Source: Glycera tridactyla
Lineage: Eukaryota
Length of the DNA stretch: 64,000 bases
Reading direction: 5' to 3'
Assembly: GCA_965644265.1 (NCBI GenBank)
Contig: OZ286475.1
Coordinates: 43,834,001 to 43,898,000, forward strand
How positions within the stretch are numbered: the stretch's first letter is position 1; the number at the start of each line of letters is the position of its first letter. The notes beneath the pieces are model-generated. The model searched no databases. It worked only from the letters and a program-made list of their open reading frames with translations, and had not been told where the DNA came from. Below are positions 37,901 through 49,900 of this stretch, piece by piece. The position numbers and the translations under genes were made by a program.

Positions 37901-40900
37901 GCTGTTCCGGTGATTTTGGAACAAGTGGAACTGCGTGGAACTATGCCGTGTTCCTCCTGCGTTGTTCCCGGTGCAGTACGCCTGTTTGGGTGGAACAGGG
38001 CTATGCAGGAATTTGTAATATAGTATTTAACGCTTGGACTCACTGAATCCTCCGGGTGAGAGAAGCTGTGTGTATGAACTGCTAACACGTCTCAATATAG
38101 CTCCTACCAATCAGATTCTGATCATTTGTGTGATATATCGGATTTCTGTGTGAATTAGATGATTGAATCATTCAAAATTCAATTATATTCACGGGATTTC
38201 CTTATAGGAATAATATTGTGAAAGGAATATTTCTGTAAGATCATTTTCAGTTGAAATATCAGCAGAGACGACTGTGTCTTTTCTCTCTGAATCTGTGTGT
38301 TTTAGACCCGGCTACTCTACCAGTCCATGTGGGCTGAGTTGAAATGAACATGCCTATCTAGGTATGACAATGGCAGCTCGCTGTCATGTGTACTAACCAG
38401 GTCACCGCTGAGGTGAACTCTGCTGCTGGTTTCGTAAATAGCACACACAGCTGATCTGTTTTTCTTTAGCTTCCCTGATCATATGAATAGAGATCCAGTC
38501 AATCTTTTCTTTTCCGAGTGAAATTCTTTATTGAAAAACGTATTTTCATTGAAACGGCTTGTTTTGAGAAGGTAATAATCTAACGTCGTTCATATGGTGT
38601 GAAAATCTGGAATTCTTTGACGGTTAACCGATCGATTAATCGATTAATCGACCGATCAAATATGCTTCAATTTCAGTTTTCTGAATTTATTTCGGCTTGC
38701 AAAAAGCTTGTTTATAAACGTTCAAGTGCTAGTTTGATGGTATTTCAATTTCCATGACCACAACTGTCGTATTTGTCAATTGAAGATCCGGTGAAATGTT
38801 TTTGGTGCTCGTACTTGTAATAGACATGTAGGGGAGACGACAAACCGAGACTTGTTTTGTTTACACGTAGTGCCTGCTTGTGATTCATGTGCCCGGCCTG
38901 AATTTAGACTTTTTCAGAGAAGGTCCACTCTGATAAGCTTGAATTCCGTCCTAAGCGCAGTATATCCTAAGCACAGACCCGTCCTAAGCTTGCTTAGTCT
39001 TGTGTAATGTCCCTGAGTCTCGTGACCTACTTTTTGAATGAAACCTCCGTATTGAGACCAACCTGTCACATGTGACCACCGTGAGATTTTTGATCCATAT
39101 GATCTGCGACATCACGTTGGGCTGTATTTTCGAAGGAAAATTCTTTTGAATTGATTTTAGACCTTCAAAATGCTGCATTTGTAATTGTTTTGCTCTCGTA
39201 ATGAATAAGCTGCAATGCGCTGTCATTTGAGCTCCGAGATACTTTCTGAGCGATCTGGAATGAACAGCTGTTTCTGACTGATCGGTCAGATGTAAACAAT
39301 CCGCCATTTTGGATTTCCATCCGCCACATGTATGAGCCTCACTTTGAGCCTCCGATCCACTTTATACTTTTCAACAAGTTTGAAACTTTTTCACTTTTGG
39401 ATAAAAGCTTTAGATGCTTTAGAATTGATCGGAACTGTTTCTCGTTATGTGCGGATTGCTTTTGTAGAACTTCAGTGTGCTGGCTTTAGCGCTATTTGTG
39501 ATTTGACAGCGCGGACTTAGCGCGTTGACTGAAACTCAGCACGGTGCTTACCGGACTTACTCATGGTCTTACCTAGTAAGCACATTTGTGTTTGAGGTTT
39601 GTGACATATGGGACTGCATGTAAATGCATTTCGCTCTTATATTTCTGGAATTACATGACTAATTTCGACTTTAGACATTACCAAATGGCTTGAAATGAGT
39701 TGAAATTGGGATTTGGTGAATTTTAGAATTCGAACTTAGCACGGACTTGGTAGATCGGAACTTAGACCCCGCTGCTGTTGCAGCTGTGACTTAGTTCGTT
39801 CCCGTCTATGTTAGGTAGGTCATACTCACAGTGTAAGGGAGGGGGAACTTGGGTTGATTTCAGATCTTGCCTCTTGCTTCGGTGAGTGGTGACTTTATCT
39901 GATACTGTCTACAAAGACCACCTGTTCTGAATAGATTGATTTCTCTATCTTGGATTCTTAACTTAGAATTTATTCAAATTTTTGAATTTGATTTGATGAG
40001 GACTTAACTATTTTTGATTTGAAAAGCGTGCTAGCTCTTTTCATGCAGACAGTTGGACGTCAACTTTTTCGCTGTATTGCTGCTGCATCATGATCCCAGC
40101 TGACTGAGAGAGGACTTGGTGTGTTCACCTTTCTAGTTCATTTCCTGTGAACTTAGCTCTCTCTGATACAGCTGATGATATTTTAATGCCTTGTTCATTG
40201 ATTGATTAACTTAGTTGGCTCAGTGCCTGCTCCGTTGATAATGGCTTAAGTGCATTGAGATTTCTTTTCAACGGTGATACTTGCTGATTGTCTTTTGACA
40301 ATCTCTTCAACTGAATGTTGAAATATTTCTAGTAACTTGATCAATGGTAACTTGTAAGTTAAATTCTTATGCTATTTAGTTAGTGGGGAATAGAGTGGGA
40401 TCCTGCCTTCCCACTATAATAGATCTGGCAACTGCAAGTAACTAAGTGCACGCAACAAACATAAATAAAAACTTAGAGTTGTTTAAAGATACTTTTTGAA
40501 TTAAAACTTTTCTTTATGATACTTGGACAAGTTGGTAGGAGACTTTTTTTTATCTTCTTGCAGCGACCAACGCGTCTGAGATGTCGTAAATTGAAGAGGT
40601 GCGTACTCTTCAGGCCACTCCATTCCCACGTCGCCTCCCAGGCTTATGGGAATCTACTAATATAGGCGGATATGCCTAGCCGTCGTCTGCACAGTCTTTA
40701 GTGTGTTAAACGCACTATACACATGGGAGATGTGTAGGACATAATCTCTTCACACGGTGAGATGCTGTTAGCTATCTTTACGAGATAAGCTACTTCACTC
40801 GAGAGGAATGATGTCTCCTCTTTACTTCTACTTCCATCAATGATACGCGTCCTAGTATCAGCTACCATCAGTCTCTAGCTGATATGGATATATAACCGAA

Positions 40901-43900
40901 GTTCGTCATCACATGTGCAACTAGGTGGCCACCAATATATTAACTTTTAAAGTCGGTCTTTCATCGTGGGTCTTTAACCCAAACTTTTAAAGTCAAATAT
41001 CTAAAGTGCACTAACTATCTAGACACCGTGTCTTTGACTTTGTTTATATTTCTAGCTAGCTGCAGTGGCCACTTCTCAAGCGCCCAAGTCAACGATGGAA
41101 CAAGAAAGAAGATAGTACTATAAAAGGGTTTGAGCTCAAGTGTGTGACTGTTTGAGTGTGTACTTGTATAACTCATAGAGGTACCTCACTTTGTCATTCG
41201 GCCATGAATATCTTGTGTATGAGTATGTCGTGAGTTGAAAAATTCTGGTATACCACTGGTATTTATGTAACACGAGTTCATCCATATTTGTCATATTTGT
41301 ATATGATTCAGATCTGAATATTTGAAATGAATTTATTCATTACATCATGAGTATAACTGACATTTTGTCTACTTGATACTGTGATAATTTATATTGCTTC
41401 ATTCAATTTATGATCTACCATTTACAATCTACCTACTATGTGAACTTATACAAATTAAAATATGTATCTACAACTCTATTTATGTGTCATCTTATACTTT
41501 TGAACCAACAATTGAGTTCCCTGTGTGATGAAAGAGATGTCTTTATAGATTTATGGTTTCATTAGAGCTGGCAAACAATGGGATTCAACATGTAATACTG
41601 ATCGCGCATTTTAACATCTTTTAGTACAACGTATATATTTTTGTGAACATCGATCCACAGGAGCAATGCCATTTATTTTGACATTGGGATAAATGGGGTA
41701 AAAGCCCGGTTAACCTTTACATTGCTTCCTGCTGTTCTTGATAATGGTAATTTAATCAGATATAAGCTTCTTGCCAAGGTTGCATCTTAAGGAAGAGGAG
41801 GGAATACTCCTACAAGCCTGTCGGATGACTGGTTCAATTCCATTGTCATATTGGAAGGATTACATCTTCAAGATACAGCTATTGGATAACTGTCAAAGTA
41901 TCATACTTCTGGTTTATAGAGCTTCTAGGCATGCAGTTTAGGAAGGGGTGTCAAAAAGGCAAAATGGCCAAGTCAAGTGTGCCTAGAGGCACATGGGTTG
42001 TAACTTTGTAAATAAATTGCCATAAATTATTGAATATGTTTTGCGACTAGTTATTTGCATGGAAAGTGAGTCTTGTGTGTGAAACGAATACACCTTGATC
42101 AGATCTGATAGAACCTTAGCCTCTGGCAAATTGAGTGGAGGAGGCGTATTAGTATATGCCAGTCAGGCACATAACTACCAGCTAGTTGAAAATAGCTGTA
42201 TCTGTGATAGTAATATAGAACTGTTGTGGATTAAATTAGAACTACCGCAAACATGCAGTACCTATATCTGCTGTGTTTACAGACCACCTGACGGAAACTT
42301 AGATGAAGGATTAGATACACTCTCTGATAGTTATGACAGTATAGTTGGGACGCAAAGGGCTGACGTTTTAGTGATTGGCGATTTGAATATCAACACTCTG
42401 ATCAAAAACTCTGCAACACGGAAATATAATCCAGCATGGACAAACTACAGTTGAGTCATTTAATCAAAACTCCGACAAGAGTAACATCATCGAGTAGTAG
42501 CTGCATAGATCATATCCTTTGTAATAATGAAAATCAATTTTCCTACAGTGGTTGCCTGGATCCAGGACTCAGTGACCACAGTATGGTTTTCACGTTTAGA
42601 CAGCGCCAAAAGTATGACACTAGGAAAGAAAAAGTTAGTTTTAGATCTTACAGGTCCTTTAATGAATCACTCTTCCAAACCGACATCAGTAACATGCCCT
42701 TCGTGATAGCAGATTATACCGATATCAATAAAGCAGCTAATGATTTTCAAACAGAAATGACGAAAATCTTAGATGTACATTTGCCAGTGAGGTGTTCATC
42801 ATGGCGTGTTCAAAATACATTAGATTTTCAATATTCTACTATATCATGGTTTCGTTCATACCTCTCATGTCGAATCCAATCAACAAAATGTAATGGTTGT
42901 ATCTCTGATTATGGTCATCTCACATGTGGAGTGCCCCAGGGTTCAATCCTGGGGCCCCTTCTTTTTGTGGCATACATAAATGACCTGGCGACGGTTGTTA
43001 ACCGTGGTCAGGTATTTATATATGCCGACGACACTGCACTACTAGCTAAAGCTGATACTGAGACCGCACTCCGTGAACATCTGGAAACAGATATGTATTC
43101 AATCGAGGCCTGGCTAGTGAAAAACCAACTAACACTAAACAGAGCCAAGTCCAAATCTAGGGTGTTTGGAACAAATGGTAAACTATCTTCCATTTCTAAC
43201 AACCCAAACCTAGCAGGATTTGAACGGGTAAGCAGTTTTTGCTATCTAGGCGTGCATGTAGAACCCGTCTTATCATATAAACCTCACATAGAATATGTGG
43301 CTGGGAAGGTTAGATCCAGGCTTGGCCTATCAAGACAAGTGAGACCCCTTATCAATAAGGACTTGTCACTGTATTTGCTGAAGAGATTGATACTCTCTAT
43401 ATTTAATTATGGGGGTGCAGTCTTAACTGGTTTATCACAAGGCTTATCAAATCAACTCGAGGTCCTTCTGAATACTGGCCTGTGTATCTGCTAACCGAAC
43501 CACCATGTACACCTACTGCAGATCTATTGTTGGAAGCTGGCCTTCTCAATCTTGAGACGGCCACGTCATTCCACTTGCTATGTGAATTCTTCAAGGTTAA
43601 GGCTGGAAACTGTCCTGGTGGCTTGAAGAAAAACTATGACGACCTGTTTGGTGCCCCACCCATGCATAACACAAGAGGGGTGTCACACGGAGACTTGCGC
43701 GTCCCTAGAACGAGATTGAAGATGTGTGAAAGGGACTTTTTCACAAGGGGTCCCAGTTATGGAATCACTTATCGATAGATATGAAGCAATCTGAGACTCC
43801 TGCCGCATTTAAAAGAAAACTACTCAAGCTCCTTTGTCCTGCACGGACAAGACGCGTATACATTTGTGAAATTTTGAATATTGTTCGCATGCACCTACAT

Positions 43901-46900
43901 CCAATTTCTGATATCATCTTCAATGTAGGGTCTGCGTTATATTACCTTGTATTACACAATGTCATTTCCCATTTACTTTACATATGTTCATGTACCAAAT
44001 ATTTACATGCTGCTATACTTGTCATTGTGCAATCTTGTCTCATGCTTTTGTGCTCCACTGGGGGAGAAATAGTCACTGTACCTCCCCAGGGGGGCCTAAA
44101 TAAAGTTTTCAAATTCAAATTCAAATGTCAAAGTTGCACATGGTTTGCAAGTAAGGCATCATGTGTCACAGGTATATTCTCCCTCTAATGATGTAGATGA
44201 AACAGATGAAATGCACACCTTGTTTGAAACCTTGAATGTGCGTATAACATAGTCAGCAAACTTCTCCAAAGCTTTGATTGAAACTTGGATGTCACCATAT
44301 GTCTGAACGCCAATCTCCGGCCAATACTGATCACATTGCTCCTGTAGAACGAAGGAAATCATATACAGTGAAACTTGCTTGAGTGTAAATCTGCGCTAGG
44401 CAAAATCCTGTCTTAAGCACGTACCCCATGGTCTGCCCGGATGTTTTTTCCTCACTATAATTGTCCTGCGCTAAGCAAAATCCTGTCTCAAGTGAAAGAA
44501 AGATTTGGTACCATGACTTTTCACTTAAGACAGGTTTTACTGTATGTGTACATTAAGGATCACAGCAATTTAATCCCTTATCTACCAGGAGATCCGTAAT
44601 GTACATCGGTTTGGAACATTGGGAAGAAAGATTCAAGCAATTTGATGAATGAATTCATATTATAAGGGTTGTATCGGATTGAGATCTATATGGCTATCGA
44701 ACAATGTAATATTGATTCATGCATCCTGATGATACTATTGAGATCTACGTATAATGTCTAATCTTGAGTTAACAGTCATGCAGACATCTTGAAAAATTTG
44801 GGATTGTGAGGGGTTGGAGTAAGTCTTGATTGAAGGCTTGTAAAAGTATGTCTGAACTGTCACCTACTTCCACTTGACCGGCTCCTGGAGTATGTGAGAA
44901 TGATGCTGGGAGGGTGCCAGAGCATCCAGCTATATATAACCAGTAAAGCCAACACCCATAGTCCTATGGGTTGATACATGCCATCAAACCCCAATCACTT
45001 ACCTCTCCAGCTTCGACCAAGTCTGTGAGCATTACTACACGGTGCACAATTTCTTGCCATATCATCTGCCAGAATACAGGAAGGTTATCAGTATGGGGTC
45101 CTTGGCAAGCTATGTATCCACGAGGCTTGTCCTTGTCGGCCTGAAAGAAGAACAATTCCGTACATATATCTATCCATCCACCCAGACATGCATGCATCAT
45201 TCCATCTATCCATCCATCCATCCATCCATCAATCCATCATTTCATACATCCAACTGCTTTTCGGTGAATGATAACAAGGTATATCTGTCCAAAATTTATC
45301 AACATTGGTCTCCGGTGATATCCCATTCGCACCTTCAGCTTTTCAGGAACTACTCTACCTGATACCATGTCACAACATAACACTGTGGCAAAAAATTCCT
45401 AATCCCAGGAATAGCACCTGTAGTGTCTGTGAATTTCATAAATTGTCAACTATCACTATTAGTGTCTCAATGTATCCAAAATGGTGCTCGTGGGACACGA
45501 AAAAAACCAACCTGCAAACTCACTATTTCAACCAAATGATTGATCAGAAGCATAGTTTTCTGGACAGAAACTTTGCGTGTGAGTTGTGCCCAGAATCTGG
45601 ATGATCCCATCTTAAACATACAATGATCAGTCAATCTCTGGAATTTCCATGCAATCAGCTTGTGACAGTAAAACTCTAATCGAATGAGGATTAGTGAAGT
45701 GAGTGACTAAAGCATATCTATGTTCGATGTTTGCATCATTTTTGACAAAAAATATATGACTTTACTTTGGAACACTTAATGATTGTCTGCATTCCACTGC
45801 ATGTAGCACTAAATGTGCCAGGCAATAAAATTATCACACAAAATACAACTTGGCATTATCCATAAACATCTAATTCCACCGGCAGGCTGTCCTATTGTAG
45901 CCAACGATCGTGGCATTTTGTATTAGAAATCAGGTCCCAATTTTTTGTTACATTCAAGATAAAGAATACTTGGTAGCGGATTTGGCTAATGTTTTCTCTG
46001 TTACACAAACTGAACAGCCTTCTAGATGAGATACTGAACCACCAGCAACATGTTTTGGATACTATAAAGTGAAAATGTACGTACCCTAATGTAAGATGCA
46101 TTGATATAACCATCAGGATTACCACCTTCCTCTGCTGCAGACTTCACCACAATGCGAGAATGGTCATCTGGAAGTAAACATCATCACAATGCAAAATGGA
46201 CAGATCAACCCAACCCACTTCTTGGCTGATGCCAACATTTATAATCCCCAGTATGACCACCTTTTTCTGCTGCAGACTTCTCCGCAATGCATGGATGGTC
46301 ATCTGAAGGTGTTCATCAACACAATTTAGAATTACTAAATCAACCTGACCCATTTCCTGGCAGCAGATAGGACATATGCCATTGGACTGATGACAAAATT
46401 TATTCATCCAATTGAACTGTCAATTGAATGAATGATATCAACATTTTTCTTGCCTCAATTGGTCCTGTTCAATTTTTCTATGAAATGTCCTTTCCTTTAG
46501 GTTGCTGATTTTTCACTTGTGTCATTATACACAACGGTAGTGCCAGCCACACCAGCTCTTAGCTTCACATGTATTCACCATTTCTTGTACTAGTGCTTTG
46601 ATCAAATTTGATCTATTATCAAAAATACCCATGAAATCCGCCACTTCATTCTTCGATTTCGGTTTTAGCATTGTCTATCACCAGATACAGATATCACTCT
46701 CATTGGGTTTGAATGCTATTCTTTCTGCATCAAAGAAGTTATAGATACTCACATGCTAGTATTCCATGTAGTCTATTCGATTCAGGATATTTAGAAGCTA
46801 CTGCACAACTGGCAATGTACCCTGTTGGCAGAGTCTGAAATAAGGACAAGACAAAAGATGGCAAGATATGATCCCAATTTTCCGGCAATCAATGTTACAT

Positions 46901-49900
46901 ATAGGTCATCATTACCTCCAGAAGTGACTCACGAAGTGCAAAAATACCATTGCATACCTTATATGCTGCAACTAATACAGTTCCAGATAATATGGCCCAT
47001 GATTAACTTAAAATCATTATCATGGTTGGTGAATTTTCAGCTATATTCAAAACAAGAAATTCTACCTGTATGAAATTCAATATCTATCCCATTGAATAAA
47101 TCATTTCATGTTTAAGTCATCGCATGAAATATTGTTCTGTCATATTCACTCTTTAGAGAAAATCCATACTCTTGTTGAGGAAGAACTATTAGATTTTGTT
47201 GTTGATTGCAAATGATCCAACCAGGTGCATCGCACGAGAGTCTCATTGTAGTCCTGGGGTTACTGTTGTCACAAACAATACACCAAACTCACCATCATGA
47301 TGACAACCACCACCACCACCAACACCACCACCGCCACGATCAAATTTATGACCAACGCCACTCACAACAATGCAAACTAAGAGCTTTAAAGAATTCGATC
47401 TGCATGATGGCCTCAGTGAATGTCACAACTGTGTCTCTTTTCATGCTATGACTGCTGAAGGCGAGGTTGTTTTCATTAGGTCAGATGGGAGCGAAAGACG
47501 TGCAGAAAGGTGAGACAGGGGGAGAGAAGTCAAGAGAGGGATAGTGGGGAACAAGAGGCAGGATAGAGAGAGAGAAAAAATGGGAGTGGGCAGAGATACG
47601 TAGCAATATGGAATGTGTCTTCCTTTTTCGAAAGGTGTGAATGGGTGAGATATGTGTGTCCTATCATCAAACGGGAAAGAACTATATCCTCTCTTCTATT
47701 GATTGCCCTTGCGGCAAATTTGCCTTCCAATTCTGGTCTGATGTGATATGATGAATTATGTTTCTTCTTGGTCCACTTATTCTACAAAAGTTGGTCAGAG
47801 TTGATCAATATTCAGCTGCCTCACTTCGAAGAATTGCAGTACGACTTGAAATCCAACAGAGACAGATTGTTTTCTGATGAGCTTTGATTATTTTATATTC
47901 ATCGAATATTTGCAAGTGTATGCAGCTTTAAAGGTAGCGATGATAGAGAATCTGTGGAGATTATGGATTTTTTTATCTGTGGATATATGTTTGAATGTTA
48001 AGGCCTTAAAAGTCTGCTAAGAATATTTTTCATCGAGCTGGTGACCTACAATGAGATGTCTGTGATTTGGTGTGGGCAGACCATGCAAGTATCAGATCTG
48101 GGATACCTCTTAACTAGAGTGTTGAGAAATGAGTCCACTCTTAAAGTCCAAAGTGCTGATAAATACACTCCATGATGGGTTATTGGGCAAAGTTCCAGGC
48201 CCAGTATGGGGAGTATCATAATCAGATGTTCCAACTCCAAGTCCCATCTTCTATCTCTAACTCCCAGCTCCTAACTAACTCAAATTCACAAATAACTCAC
48301 ATTATATTCTCTGAGTCCCTGACTGAGAACTCCTCTGATCCACCCCATTGGGTAAAAGCATTCAACCAATCAAAATGAAGCAATATCCTACAGGTAGGCT
48401 ACAGGTAGTTGTTCCACTTCACTCACTTTCCAGGCCTGCTCACTAGCCCAGAGCTGACCGTATTGATAGATCCAATTAACACCCCCACTACCCCTACATG
48501 AGGGAGGCTGGGTGATGGCTGTACAAAATGGATGAGGGCACTTGAAATGGTCTAATTACAGGAGGGGTCTATTGAACATGAGGGAAGAAACAATTGGACA
48601 ATACCACACAGAGACTTAATGAGATTAAATGGAAGGCCAGATGTGGGTCCACATGAAAAGAAGGTAAACTGGCCCTATACATATTCCCCAAATATCAAAC
48701 TTCCATTACTATTCATTAACATTTCATAAAATCATTACTTTTCCATTACTGCCAGTGAAAACCAGTGAAACCTGCTGAAAACCAGCTCACAAGTTCTAAC
48801 CGGCATTTCCTACTTCACACAAGGGCTTGAGTAGGAGGGGAAAACGAGAGAGGGAAAGGGATGCACATTGGGGAAGTGAAATCACATGGAGTTCCTTCCT
48901 CACGGAATTGAATGGTTATGTCTGATATCCATGATATCCTGCAAAATCGTACATACCGCATAGTATTTTTTCAGGATGGCTTGATTATCCTGGTGGAGGA
49001 CATCAACTCGGTCTACCAGCTGGGATACAGGTATGGGATACGACACCGGTGTCATGACCGGCCAGTATGTATTGGCATCGTCCATCTCGACAGCATTGTC
49101 ATGCCCCTGTTTTGCAGTACTAGATAGTCGAGCTGGTTCATCTAAAGATGGTGCATTGCCGATTGATGTTGAGCCATCTCTCAGCTGTAGACCAGTGTAT
49201 TCAGGTTCTACAACACAAAAATAAATTATTTCACTTACTCTAGTGTCTGCACACCATTCGCATTGATCGTTGCACACATCAGGCACACATTCAAATAATT
49301 GAATTTTTGACATGTTCATTCTTACATATTTTGTAGGATTTGACAATCAGGATGTAAGACATCTTAGATTCAGTACATCTTTTCATGTGTACTCTGCTAA
49401 TTAGACAAATGAATTCAAGAAAATGATTCTTCAAAAAAAAGGAGAAAATGACTGGGGTCATCATTGAAGTTCAACAGAGTTATGTAGTCAGTGTCAGTTA
49501 CAGTATCAATTTACCAGTCTGGGCACACAGGGATTGATATGATTTTGTGAATTCACTGAAACAGATACTGAAGCAGATACTGAGATATGCATTGATTATA
49601 GTCTGAATGAGAGATGGTTCGAATGAAATCGCTACATCTGGTTGGAAAGCAAAATATTGTGACAGCATTGTCTGCTATTTCGTGTGTCAGTATTTCTAGT
49701 AACTATAGTGCCATAAGATAACTCAAATGACAATAAGTAAAAAAATGTTCATGTCAAGGTTACCAAAGGATAACTCGAAAAAGATATTCATGTTGAGTTA
49801 CCGAAGGATAACTCAAATGAGAAATCCATGTCTATGGTCGAGCTAGAACACCTTCTGGTGCTGAAATTAGCAATGGGCAAATATGTAGATTACTGTATTC

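Noticed and set aside
37467-40614. 17 bp inverted identity CCTGAAGAGTACGCACC between 37467 and 40598
   Set aside because: The similarity does not extend; a single 17-mer match in 64 kb can occur by chance.
47270-47370. Val-rich minus-strand stretch as the TM exon
   Set aside because: It is a (GGT)n low-complexity tract lying downstream of a cytoplasmic exon, with an in-frame TGA upstream; a better TM exon exists at 57126-57210.
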